Shown here: positions 49,801-63,980 of the stretch, piece after piece | Position numbering within the stretch: the stretch's first letter is position 1 | Layout: every line of letters begins with the position of its first letter | Assembly (NCBI GenBank): GCA_964016885.1 | Contig: OZ024747.1 | Span: 23,932,001 to 23,996,000 of the forward strand | DNA: 64,000 bases | Direction of reading: 5' to 3' | Origin: Eledone cirrhosa | Lineage: Eukaryota | Program-made: the position numbers and the translations under genes | The notes under the pieces: model-generated | The model's database searches: none | Told to the model about the DNA's origin: nothing | What the model saw: only the letters and a program-made list of their open reading frames with translations

Positions 49801-52800
49801 CTCTGATAGTGAGAATGATCTGGAATCAAGCTCTGACAGTGAGAATGATCTGGAATCAAGCTCTGACACAGAGGATGGCCTAGAGTCTAGCTCTGGGTCT
49901 GGAGATAAGCTAAAGTCAGAATTTACTACTAAAGATTCATCTTCTTTTAAAAGATTCTCAAAATCTCATGTTAGGTCATCAGGAGATTATTCCCATTCGA
50001 CTTCTACCTCTAAAATAAATTCTGTTACTAGTTCCACATATGGAGATGTTCTTCTCTCCAGTTCTATGTCTGCGAAATACCATATGACCAGAAGAGTTCA
50101 AAGCTCAACTTCTTCACATCCTACAAAATCTCCTATAATATTTAAATTCCTGTCTGTTACAAGCCAACAACCAACCTCTCTTATAAACAGTGACATCAGA
50201 ACATTCTCAATTAAACTCCACCCTCGTTCCATTCATACCTCTCCTATAACATCCTATCCTACTGCAGTGTACACTAGACACCTCGTTACCTCTTCTGGCG
50301 TAACACCACACTTTTCTTTAAATCCTGTAGATTCTTTAAAATCAGGTGGAACACTTAACATTGATGATTATCCGACATTTACTACTAAATATATTACAAC
50401 ATCTTCTTCACGTTCCCAATATTATACTGACTTTCATTCTACATCTGGAGATGATCTGGACTCTGATTCAGTCTCTGGTGATGATCTAGACTCCAGTTCT
50501 ACATCTGGAGAAGATCCAGACTCTAATTATGGCTCTGGATATTACCCAGTCACTCGTACCCCTTCCAGTGTTTCTGTAGGTATCTCTTCCACAAGAGGGA
50601 ATAAATCAAGCTCTAATCCAATATCTGTTCATTTTATTAGATCTACCAAAAGTAATCAAATTACTTCAGTGCCTATAGTTCATAATGGCTCCAGCACAGT
50701 TTCAAGAAAACACCTTGATTCTAGCTCAATTTCTAAAGATCGTCTTCGCTCCAGCTCAGTTTCTAAAGATCATCTTGGCTCCAGCTCGGTTTCTAAAGAT
50801 CGTTTTGACTCCAGCTCAGTTTCTAAAGATCGTTTTGACTCCACCTCGATTTCCAAAGATAATCTTCACTTAGTATCATCCTCTGATCATTACCCTCACC
50901 ACAGCTCGGTATCTCACATTGGCTTGCATTCCATCTATGCAAATTACGATAACACCAGAATAGTTTCACACACATCTTCACATTCTACAAAATCTGAAAC
51001 AATATATAAATTCTTGTCTGTTACAACACCAGGTCCTACTCCTACTAGTACACATTATTCAGTTGGTACAACTCATTCAATATCTACTTTGAGATTTGGG
51101 GGTCATGTTGGATCTAGCTCTGTTTCTGAGGATAATCCGCAATCAAACTCTCTGTCTGAGGATGATCTGGAGTCAAGCTCTGATAGTGAGAATGATCTGG
51201 AATCAAGCTCTGACACAGAGGATGGCCTAGAGTCTAGCTCTGGGTCTGGAGATAAGCTAAAGTCAGAATTTACTACTAAAGATTCATCTTCTTTTAAAAG
51301 ATTCTCAAAATCTCATGTTAGGTCATCAGGAGATTATTCCCATTCGACTTCTACCTCTAAAATAAATTCTGTTACTAGTTCCACATATGGAGATGTTCTT
51401 CTCTCCAGTTCTATGTCTGCGAAATACCATATGACCAGAAGAGTTCAAAGCTCAACTTCTTCACATCCTACAAAATCTCCTATAATATTTAAATTCCTGT
51501 CTGTTACAAGCCAACAACCAACCTCTCTTATAAACAGTGACATCAGAACATTCTCAACTAAACTCCACCCTCGTTCCATTCATACCTCTCCTATAACATC
51601 CTATCCTACTGCAGTGTACACTAGACACCTCGTTACCTCTTCTGGCATAACACCACACTTTTCTTTAAATCCTGTAGATTCTTTAAAATCAGGTGGAACA
51701 CTTAACATTGATGATTATCCGACATTTACTACTAAATATATTACAACATCTTCTTCACGTTCCCAATATTATACTGACTTTCATTCTACATCTGGAGATG
51801 ATCTGGACTCTGATTCAGTCTCTGGTGATGATCTAGACTCCAGTTCTACATCTGGAGAAGATCCAGACTCTAATTATGGCTCTGGATATTACCCAGTCAC
51901 TCGTACCCCTTCCAGTGTTTCTGTAGGTATCTCTTCCACAAGAGGGAATAAATCAAGCTCTAATCCAATATCTGTTAATTTTATTAGATCTACCAAAAGT
52001 AATCAAATTACTTCAGTGCCTATAGTTCATAATGGCTCCAGCACAGTTTCAAGAAAACACCTTGATTCTAGCTCAATTTCTAAAGATCGTCTTCGCTCCA
52101 GCTCAGTTTCTAAAGATCATCTTGGCTCCAGCTCGGTTTCTAAAGATCGTTTTGACTCCAGCTCAGTTTCTAAAGATCGTTTTGACTCCACCTCGATTTC
52201 CAAAGATAATCTTCACTTAGTATCATCCTCTGATCATTACCCTCACCACAGCTCGGTATCTCACATTGGCTTGCATTCCATCTATGCAAATTACGATAAC
52301 ACCAGAATAGTTTCACACACATCTTCACATTCTACAAAATCTGAAACAATATATAAATTCTTGTCTGTTACAACACCAGGTCCTACTCCTACTAGTACAC
52401 ATTATTCAGTTGGTACAACTCATTCAATATCTACTTTGAGATTTGGGGGTCATGTTGGATCTAGCTCTGTTTCTGAGGATAATCCGCAATCAAACTCTCT
52501 GTCTGAGGATGATCTGGAGTCAAGCTCTGATAGTGAGAATGATCTGGAATCAAGCTCTGACACAGAGGATGGCCTAGAGTCTAGCTCTGGGTCTGGAGAT
52601 AAGCTAAAGTCAGAATTTACTACTAAAGATTCATCTTCTTTTAAAAGATTCTCAAAATCTCATGTTAGGTCATCAGGAGATTATTCCCATTCGACTTCTA
52701 CCTCTAAAATAAATTCTGTTACTAGTTCCACATATGGAGATGTTCTTCTCTCCAGTTCTATGTCTGCGAAATACCATATGACCAGAAGAGTTCAAAGCTC

Positions 52801-55800
52801 AACTTCTTCACATCCTACAAAATCTCCTATAATATTTAAATTCCTGTCTGTTACAAGCCAACAACCAACCTCTCTTATAAACAGTGACATCAGAACATTC
52901 TCAACTAAACTCCACGCTCATTCCATTCATACCTCTCCTATAACATCCTATCCTACTGCAGTGTACACTAGACACCTCGTTACCTCTTCTGGCGTAACAC
53001 CACACTTTTCTTTAAATCCTGTAGATTCTTTAAAATCAGGTGGAACACTTAACATTGATGATTATCCGACATTTACTACTAAATATATTACAACATCTTC
53101 TTCACGTTCCCAATATTATACTGACTTTCATTCTACATCTGGAGATGATCTGGACTCTGATTCAGTCTCTGGTGATGATCTAGACTCCAGTTCTACATCT
53201 GGAGAAGATCCAGACTCTAATTATGGCTCTGGATATTACCCAGTCACTCGTACCCCTTCCAGTGTTTCTGTAGGTATCTCTTCCACAAGAGGGAATAAAT
53301 CAAGCTCTAATCCAATATCTGTTAATTTTATTAGATCTACCAAAAGTAATCAAATTACTTCAGTGCCTATAGTTCATAATGGCTCCAGCACAGTTTCTAG
53401 AAAACACCTTGATTCTAGCTCAATTTCTAAAGATCGTCTTCGCTCCAGCTCAGTTTCTAAAGATCATCTTGGCTCCAGCTCGGTTTCTAAAGATCGTTTT
53501 GACTCCAGCTCAGTTTCTAAAGATCGTTTTGACTCCACCTCGATTTCCAAAGATAATCTTCACTTAGTATCATCCTCTGATCATTACCCTCACCACAGCT
53601 CGGTATCTCACATTGGCTTGCATTCCATCTATGCAAATTACGATAACACCAGAATAGTTTCACACACATCTTCACATTCTACAAAATCTGAAACAATATA
53701 TAAATTCTTGTCTGTTACAACACCAGGTCCTACTCCTACTAGTACACATTATTCAGTTGGTACAACTCATTCAATATCTACTTTGAGATTTGGGGGTCAT
53801 GTTGGATCTAGCTCTGTTTATGAGGATAATCCGCAATCAAACTCTCTGTCTGAGGATGATCTGGAGTCAAGCTCTGATAGTGAGAATGATCTGGAATCAA
53901 GCTCTGACACAGAGGATGGCCTAGAGTCTAGCTCTGGGTCTGGAGATAAGCTAAAGTCAGAACTTACAACTAAAGATTCATCTTCTTTTAAAAGATTCTC
54001 AAAATCTCATGTTAGATCATCAGGAGATTATTCCCATTCGACTTCTACCTCTAAAATAAATTCTGTTACTAGTTCCACATATGGAGATGTTCTTCTCTCC
54101 AGTTCTATGTCTGTGAAATACCATATGACCAGAAGAGTTCAAAGCTCAACTTCTTCACATCCTACAAAATCTCCTATAATATTTAAATTCCTGTCTGTTA
54201 CAAGCCAACAACCAACCTCTCTTATAAACAGTGACATCAGAACATTCTCAACTAAACTCCACCCTCGTTCCATTCATACCTCTCCTATAACATCCTATCC
54301 TACTGCAGTGTACACTAGACACCTCGTTACCTCTTCTGGCCTAACACCACACTTTTCTTTAAATCCTGTAGATTCTTTAAAATCAGGTGGAACACTTAAC
54401 ATTGATGATTATCCGACATTTACTACTAAATATATTACAACATCTTCACGTTCCCAATATTATACTGACTTTCATTCTACATCTGGAGATGATCTGGACT
54501 CTGATTCAGTCTCTGGTGATGATCTAGACTCCAGTTCTACATCTGGAGAAGATCCAGACTCTAATTATGGCTCTGGATATTACCCAGTCACTCGTACCCC
54601 TTCCAGTGTTTCTGTAGGTATATCTTCCACAAGAGGGAATAAATCAAGCTCTAATCCAATATCTGTTCATTTTATTAGATCTACCAAAAGTAATCAAATT
54701 ACTTCAGTGCCTATAGTTCATAATGGCTCCAGCACAGTTTCTAGAAAACACCTTGATTCTAGCTCAATTTCTAAAGATCGTCTTCGCTCCAGCTCAGTTT
54801 CTAAAGATCATCTTGGCTCCAGCTCGGTTTCTAAAGATCGTTTTGACTCCAGCTCAATTTCTAAAGATCGTTTTGACTCCACCTCGATTTCCAAAGATAA
54901 TCTTCACTTAGTATCATCCTCTGATCATTACCCTCACCACAGCTCGGTATCTCACATTGGCTTGCATTCCATCTATGCAAATTACGATAACACCAGAATA
55001 GTTTCACACACATCTTCACATTCTACAAAATCTCAAACAATATATAAATTCTTGTCTCTTACAACACCAGGTCCTACTCCTACTAGTACACATTATTCAG
55101 TTGGTACAACTCATTCAACATCTACTTTGAGATTTGGGGGTCATGTTGGATCTAGCTCTGTTTCTGAGGATAATCCGCAATCAAACTCTCTGTCTGAGGA
55201 TGATCTGGAGTCAAGCTCTGATAGTGAGAATGATCTGGAATCAAGCTCTGACACAGAGGATGGCCTAGAGTCTAGCTCTGGGTCTGGAGATAAGCTAAAG
55301 TCAGAATTTACAACTAAAGATTCATCTTCTTTTAAAAGATTCTCAAAATCTCATGTTAGATCATCGGGAGATTATTCCCACTCGACTTCTACCTCTAAAA
55401 TAAATTCTGTTACTAGTTCCACATATGGAGATGTTCTTCTCTCCAGTTCTATGTCCGCGAAATACCATATGACCAGAAGAGTTCAAAGCTCAACTTCTTC
55501 ACATCCTACAAAATCTCCTATAATATTTAAATTCCTGTCTGTTACAAGCCAACAACCAACCTCTCTTATAAACAGTGACATCAGAACATTCGCAACTAAA
55601 CTCCACCCTCGTTCCATTCATACCTCTCCTATAACATCCTATCCTACTGCAGTGTACACTAGACACCTCGTTACCTCTTCTGGCGTAACACCACACTTTT
55701 CTTTAAATCCTGTAGATTCTTTAAAATCAGGTGGAACACTTAACATTGATGATTATCCGACATTTACTACTAAATATATTACATCTTCTTCACATTCCCA

Positions 55801-58800
55801 ATATTATACTGACTTTCATTCTACATCTGGAGATGATCTGGACTCTGATTCAGTCTCTGGTGATGATCTAGACTCCAGTTCTACATCTGGAGAAGATCCA
55901 GACTCTAATTATGGCTCTGGATATTACCCAGTCACTCGTACCCCTTCCAGTGTTTCTGTAGGTATCTCTTCGACAAGAATAGATAAATCAAGCTCTAATC
56001 CAATATCTGTTCATTTTATTAGATCTACCAAAAGTAATCAAATTACTTCAGTGCCTATAGTTCATAATGGCTCCAGCACAGTTTCTAGAAAACACCTTGA
56101 TTCTAGCTCAATTTCTAAAGATCGTCTTCGCTCCAGCTCAATTTCTAAAGATCATCTTGGCTCCAGCTCGGTTTCTAAAGATCGTTTTGACTCCACCTCG
56201 ATTTCCAAAGATAATCTTCACTTAGTATCATCCTCTGATCATTACCCTCACCACAGCTCGGTATCTCACATTGGCTTGCATTCCATCTATGCAAATTACA
56301 ATAACACCAGAATAGTTTCACACACATCTTCACATTCTACAAAATCTCAAACAATATATAAATTCTTGTCTGTTACAACACCAGGTCCTACTCCTACTAG
56401 TACACATTATTCAGTTGGTACAACTCATTCAACATCTACTTTGAGATTTGGGGGTCATGTTGGATCTAGCTCTGTTTCTGAGGATAATCCGCAATCAAAC
56501 TCTCTGTCTGAGGATGATCTGGAGTCAAGCTCTGATAGTGAGAATGATCTGGAATCAAGCTCTGACACAGAGGATGACCTAGAGTCTAGCTCTGGGTCTG
56601 GAGATAAGCTAAAGTCAGAATTTACTACTAAAGATTCATCTTCTTTTAATAGATTCTCAAAATCTCATGTTAGGTCATCAGGACATTATTCCCATTCCAC
56701 TTCTACCTCTAAAATAAATTCTGTTACTAGTTCCACATATGGAGATGTTCTTCTCTCCAGTTCTATGTCTGCGAAATACCATATGACCAGAAGAGTTCAA
56801 AGCTCAACTTCTTCACATCCTACAAAATCTCCTATAATATTTAAATTCCTGTCTGTTACAAGCCAACAACCAACCTCTCTTATAAACAGTGACATCAGAA
56901 CATTCTCAACTAAACTCCACCCTCGTTCCATTCATACCTCTCCTATAACATCCTATCCTACTGCAGTGTACACTAGACACCTCGTTACCTCTTCTGGCGT
57001 AACACCACACTTTTCTTTAAATCCTGTAGATTCTTTAAAATCAGGTGGAACACTTAACATTGATGATTATCCGACATTTACTACTAAATATATTACAACA
57101 TCTTCACGTTCCCAATATTATACTGACTTTCATTCTACATCTGGAGATGATCTGGACTCTGATTCAGTCTCTGGTGATGATCTAGACTCCAGTTCTACAT
57201 CTGGAGAAGATCCAGACTCTAATTATGGCTCTGGATATTACCCAGTCACTCGTACCCCTTCCAGTGTTTCTGTAGGTATCTCTTCCACAAGAGGGAATAA
57301 ATCAAGCTCTAATCCAATATCTGTTCATTTTATTAGATCTACCAAAAGTAATCAAATTACTTCAGTGCCTATAGTTCATAATGGCTCCAGCACAGTTTCT
57401 AGAAAACACCTTGATTCTAGCTCAATTTCTAAAGATCGTCTTCGCTCCAGCTCAGTTTCTAAAGATCATCTTGGCTCCAGCTCGGTTTCTAAAGATCGTT
57501 TTGACTCCAGCTCAATTTCTAAAGATCGTTTTGACTCCACCTCGATTTCCAAAGATAATCTTCACTTAGTATCATCCTCTGATCATTACCCTCACCACAG
57601 CTCGGTATCTCACATTGGCTTGCATTCCATCTATGCAAATTACGATAACACCAGAATAGTTTCACACACATCTTCACATTCTACAAAATCTCAAACAATA
57701 TATAAATTCTTGTCTCTTACAACACCAGGTCCTACTCCTACTAGTACACATTATTCAGTTGGTACAACTCATTCAACATCTACTTTGAGATTTGGGGGTC
57801 ATGTTGGATCTAGCTCTGTTTCTGAGGATAATCCGCAATCAAACTCTCTGTCTGAGGATGATCTGGAGTCAAGCTCTGATAGTGAGAATGATCTGGAATC
57901 AAGCTCTGACACAGAGGATGGCCTAGAGTCTAGCTCTGGGTCTGGAGATAAGCTAAAGTCAGAATTTACAACTAAAGATTCATCTTCTTTTAAAAGATTC
58001 TCAAAATCTCATGTTAGATCATCGGGAGATTATTCCCACTCGACTTCTACCTCTAAAATAAATTCTGTTACTAGTTCCACATATGGAGATGTTCTTCTCT
58101 CCAGTTCTATGTCTGCGAAATACCATATGACCAGAAGAGTTCAAAGCTCAACTTCTTCACATCCTACAAAATCTCCTATAATATTTAAATTCCTGTCTGT
58201 TACAAGCCAACAACCAACCTCTCTTATAAACAGTGACATCAGAACATTCGCAACTAAACTCCACCCTCGTTCCATTCATACCTCTCCTATAACATCCTAT
58301 CCTACTGCAGTGTACACTAGACACCTCGTTACCTCTTCTGGCGTAACACCACACTTTTCTTTAAATCCTGTAGATTCTTTAAAATCAGGTGGAACACTTA
58401 ACATTGATGATTATCCGACATTTACTACTAAATATATTACATCTTCTTCACATTCCCAATATTATACTGACTTTCATTCTACATCTGGAGATGATCTGGA
58501 CTCTGATTCAGTCTCTGGTGATGATCTAGACTCCAGTTCTACATCTGGAGAAGATCCAGACTCTAATTATGGCTCTGGATATTACCCAGTCACTCGTACC
58601 CCTTCCAGTGTTTCTGTAGGTATCTCTTCGACAAGAATAGATAAATCAAGCTCTAATCCAATATCTGTTCATTTTATTAGATCTACCAAAAGTAATCAAA
58701 TTACTTCAGTGCCTATAGTTCATAATGGCTCCAGCACAGTTTCTAGAAAACACCTTGATTCTAGCTCAATTTCTAAAGATCGTCTTCGCTCCAGCTCAAT

Positions 58801-61800
58801 TTCTAAAGATCATCTTGGCTCCAGCTCGGTTTCTAAAGATCGTTTTGACTCCACCTCGATTTCCAAAGATAATCTTCACTTAGTATCATCCTCTGATCAT
58901 TACCCTCACCACAGCTCGGTATCTCACATTGGCTTGCATTCCATCTATGCAAATTACAATAACACCAGAATAGTTTCACACACATCTTCACATTCTACAA
59001 AATCTCAAACAATATATAAATTCTTGTCTGTTACAACACCAGGTCCTACTCCTACTAGTACACATTATTCAGTTGGTACAACTCATTCAACATCTACTTT
59101 GAGATTTGGGGGTCATGTTGGATCTAGCTCTGTTTCTGAGGATAATCCGCAATCAAACTCTCTGTCTGAGGATGATCTGGAGTCAAGCTCTGATAGTGAG
59201 AATGATCTGGAATCAAGCTCTGACACAGAGGATGACCTAGAGTCTAGCTCTGGGTCTGGAGATAAGCTAAAGTCAGAATTTACTACTAAAGATTCATCTT
59301 CTTTTAATAGATTCTCAAAATCTCATGTTAGGTCATCAGGACATTATTCCCATTCCACTTCTACCTCTAAAATAAATTCTGTTACTAGTTCCACATATGG
59401 AGATGTTCTTCTCTCCAGTTCTATGTCTGCGAAATACCATATGACCAGAAGAGTTCAAAGCTCAACTTCTTCACATCCTACAAAATCTCCTATAATATTT
59501 AAATTCCTGTCTGTTACAAGCCAACAACCAACCTCTCTTATAAACAGTGACATCAGAACATTCTCAACTAAACTCCACCCTCGTTCCATTCATACCTCTC
59601 CTATAACATCCTATCCTACTGCAGTGTACACTAGACACCTCGTTACCTCTTCTGGCGTAACACCACACTTTTCTTTAAATCCTGTAGATTCTTTAAAATC
59701 AGGTGGAACACTTAACATTGATGATTATCCGACATTTACTACTAAATATATTACAACATCTTCACGTTCCCAATATTATACTGACTTTCATTCTACATCT
59801 GGAGATGATCTGGACTCTGATTCAGTCTCTGGTGATGATCTAGACTCCAGTTCTACATCTGGAGAAGATCCAGACTCTAATTATGGCTCTGGATATTACC
59901 CAGTCACTCGTACCCCTTCCAGTGTTTCTGTAGGTATCTCTTCCACAAGAGGGAATAAATCAAGCTCTAATCCAATATCTGTTCATTTTATTAGATCTAC
60001 CAAAAGTAATCAAATTACTTCAGTGCCTATAGTTCATAATGGCTCCAGCACAGTTTCTAGAAAACACCTTGATTCTAGCTCAATTTCTAAAGATCGTCTT
60101 CGCTCCAGCTCAGTTTCTAAAGATCGTTTTGACTCCAGCTCAGTTTCTAAAGATCGTTTTGACTCCACCTCAATTTCCAAAGATAATCTTCACTTAGTAT
60201 CATCCTCTGATCATTACCCTCACCACAGCTCGGTATCTCACATTGGCTTGCATTCCATCTATGCAAATTACGATAACACCAGAATAGTTTCACACACATC
60301 TTCACATTCTACAAAATCTCAAACAATATATAAATTCTTGTCTGTTACAACACCAGGTCCTCCTCCTACTAGTACACATTATTCAGTTGGTACATCTCAT
60401 TCAACATCTACTTTGAGATTTGGGGGTCATGTTGGATCTAGCTCTGTTTCTGAGGATAATCCGGAATCAAACTCTCTGTCTGAGGATAATCTGGAGTCAA
60501 GCTCTGATAGTGAGAATGATCTGGAATCAAGCTCTGACACAGAGGATGGCCTAGAGTCTAGCTCTGGGTCTGGAGATAAGCTAAAGTCAGAATTTACTAC
60601 TAAAGATTCATCTTTTAATAGATTCTCAAAATCTCATGTTAGGTCATCAGGAGATTATTCCCATTCGACTTCTACCTCTAAAATAAATTCTGTTACTAGT
60701 TCCACATATGGAGATGTTCTTCTCTCCAGTTCTATGTCTGCGAAATATCATATGACCAGAAGAGTTCAAAGCTCAACTTCTTCACATCCTACAAAATCTC
60801 CTATAATATTTAAATTCCTGTCTGTTACAAGCCAACAACCAACCTCTCTTATAAACAGTGACATCAGAACATTCTCAACTAAACTCCACCCTCGTTCCAT
60901 TCATACCTCTCCTATAACATCCCATCCTACTCCAGTGTACACTAGACACCTCGTTACCCCTTCTGGCGTAACACCACACTTTTCTTTAAATCCTGTAGAT
61001 TCTTTAAAATCAGGTGGAACACTTAACATTGATGATTATCCGACATTTACTACTAAATATATTACAACATCTTCTTCACGTTCCCAATATTATACTGACT
61101 TTCATTCTACATCTGGAGATGATCTGGACTCTGATTCAGTCTCAGGTGATGATCTAGACTCCAGTTCTACATCTGGAGAAGATCCAGACTCTAATTATGG
61201 CTCTGGATATTACCCAGTCACTCGTACCCCTTCCAGTGTTTCTGTAGGAATCTCTTCAACAAAAGTCGTTAAATCAAGCTCTAATCCAATATCTGTTCAT
61301 GTTATTAGATCTACCAAAAGTAATCAAATTACTTCAGTGCCTATAGTTCATAATGGCTCAAGCACATTTTCTAGAAAACACCTTGATTCTAGCTCAATTT
61401 CTAAAGATCGTCTTCGCTCCAGCTCAGTTTCTAAAGATCGTTTTGACTCCAGCTCAGTTTCTAAAGATCGTTTTGACTCCACCTCGATTTCCAAAGACAA
61501 TCTTCACTTAGTATCATCCTCTGATCATTACCCTCACCACAGCTCGGTATCTCAGATTGGCTTGCATTCCATCTATGAAAATTACGATAACACCAGAATA
61601 GTTTCACACACATCTTCACATTCTACAAAATCTCAAACAATATATAAATTCTTGTCTGTTACAACACCAGGTCCTACTCCTACTAGTACACATTATTCAG
61701 TTGGTACAACTCATTCAACATCTACTTTGAGATTTAGGGGTCATGTTGGATCTAGCTCTGTTTCTGAGGATAATCCGCAATCAAACTCTCTGTCTGAGGA

Positions 61801-63430
61801 TGATCTGGAGTCAAGCTCTGATAGTGAGAATGATCTGGAATCAAGCTCTGACACAGAGGATGACCTACAGTCTAGTTCTGGGTTTGGAGATAAGCTGAAG
61901 TCAGAATTTACTACTCAAGATTCATCTTTTAAAAGATTCTTAAAATCTCATGTTAGATCATCAGGAGATTATTCCCATTCTACCTTTAAAATAAATTCTG
62001 TTACTAGTTCCACATATGGAGATGTTCTTCTTTCCATTTCTATGTCTAGGAATTACCATATGACCAGAAGAGTTCAAAGCTCAACTCCTTCATATTCTAA
62101 GAAATCTCCTACAATATTTAAATTCCTGTCTGTTACAAAGCAACAGCCAACCTCTATAATGAACAGTGATATCACCACAACTTTCTCACTTAAACTCCAC
62201 TCTGGTTCCATTCATACCTCTCCCATAGTATCACGTCCTACCCCAGTGTACACTAGACATCCCATTGCCTCTTCTAGTGTAACACTACATTCGTTTTTAA
62301 ACCCTGTAGATTCTTTTAAATCAAGTGAAACACTCAATATTGATGATCATCTTACATTTATGACCAAACATCCTACACCATCTCCTTCAATTTCCAAACT
62401 TTATACTGACTATGGTTCTGCATCTGGAGATGATATCGATTCCAGTTCTACCTCTGGTGATGATCTGGACTCTACTTCTGGAGCTGGACATGATCTGGAC
62501 TCTAATTCTGGATATGGTGATGATGTGGACTCTGGTTCTACTCCCGGAAAAGATTCAGTTTCCAACTATGGCTCTGGACATTTCCCAAGCTCTAATATCC
62601 TCTCTGGTGTTTATGCAGTTTTATCTTCATCAAGGATAGTTAAACCAGTCTCTAATTCAATTTCTGATCATTCTATTAAATCTACCCAAATTAATTCCAA
62701 CTCCTCCATGGTTGCTTCTTCAACTACTTTAGACTCAATTTCTCTATATCATATTGATAATAACTCTATTTCTGGCAATAGAAATAGTTCTAGTTCTTCC
62801 TTAATCCATAATCCACTCCAGAAGCTTAGCTCCAGAAAATCTTCACATACAAATTCAGAATCTAGTTTGACTCTTGTTGATGATGTGGACTACAGTTCTG
62901 GCTCAAGTGATCATCTCTCCTCAAACTCTGCCTCAGGTGATGACCTTGACCCCAACTCTGCTTCTGGTGATGATCTTGATACCAGCTCGGCCTCAGGTGA
63001 TCATCTTGACACCAACTCTGGCTCTGGTGTCAGTTCAGAAAGTTATAGATCAGGCAATGACCAGAAAATTTCAAGTTCTACCTTGCTTCATAAAAAAGAG
63101 GATTCAAAACCTGATAAAAAGTGTAGATGTCAATCAAAACTCCTATGTGCCATCAGTTCAAACTACAAACATGAAAAGTCAGTAAGCAATGACATTTACA
63201 TCCAGAGTTACCCTCACACAAGATCTAAACGACAGACAAGGCAAATAAAGAGAAAAAAGAAAAGCTGGAAAAGCTTATTCTTAAATACTCGACCATACAC
63301 AAGGCACCATTCTCATGAGAAGTTACATGTGCATTTTCAACCATCTGCTTTGAGAAAACAATCACCTGATGATAGTAATAAAGATCACATCATTCAAGAT
63401 TTGGTTCCTAGTGACATGTATGATTACTAA
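43801..63430 (+). CDS. HHIP-like protein, giant terminal exon: ~6,540-aa Ser/Thr/Asp/His-rich tandem-repeat (mucin/proteoglycan-like) tail
   Basis: Polypyrimidine tract + TTGCAG| acceptor at 43800. The phase-2 join with exon E gives DPFR-RGNPELC (compare HHIPL DPSRRAPPGKC). In frame with the stop-free ORF 43757-63430. Confidence 0.85.
47051..61759 (+). repeat. Coding tandem array: 11 units of 1314-1377 bp (mostly 1344/1347), plus a diverged partial 12th unit to ~62700
   Basis: Landmark CATAATGGCTC has its ATG at 47961, 49308, 50685, 52032, 53379, 54723, 56067, 57381, 58725, 60039 and 61353. Confidence 0.97.
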
Positions 63431-63714
63431 GACGTTGAAAACATTCCACAAAGCTGAGTCTTAAACTATTGTGACGCATTGATTTTGTCTGTTTTCCTCT
63501 CTTTTCCACCAGCCTTCTTGTTTCTTATCTGTTTTCCCATTTCTTACATGTCCTCTAATAATCCAGGATTAAGATAAAAATCTATTTTTTAAAGCAATGA
63601 AAAGGCTAACATCTTATGTGATAAAAATTCATTTATTGTGGAATATTTTGTTATTTTTATTCTTAAAAAAAAACATGAAAAATATTTTCTGTTAAGAAAA
63701 TACAAAAATTATGA

Positions 63715-63720
63715 AATAAA
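63715..63720 (+). promoter_or_regulatory. Candidate polyadenylation signal AATAAA
   Basis: AATAAA ~285 bp after the stop codon. The context is AT-rich, so a chance occurrence is possible. Confidence 0.35.
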
Positions 63721-63949
63721 GAACAAATATTTACAGAGAAACAACAGTAAAAGTAGAGCATATTATGCTAATTAATTATAGAATATTCTATTAAATAATT
63801 ACTGGAATGTGATAGTCTTCCCATTCAATATTTAATCTGTATTGTTGCGAACTCTCTCTCTCTCTATTTATCTGTCTAACTATCTATATATGTATATATA
63901 TATATATATATACATACACACATATGTATGTATATATATACATACACAC

Positions 63950-63980
<31 letters not shown>

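Noticed and set aside
47961-58354. Repeated small ORFs (MAPAQFLEN.., MWCYARRG..)
   Set aside because: Alternative-frame or antisense shadows of the coding repeat unit; useful only as landmarks.
47051-61759. CRISPR-like array or non-coding satellite interpretation
   Set aside because: There are no unique spacers, the context is eukaryotic, and all indels preserve one reading frame.
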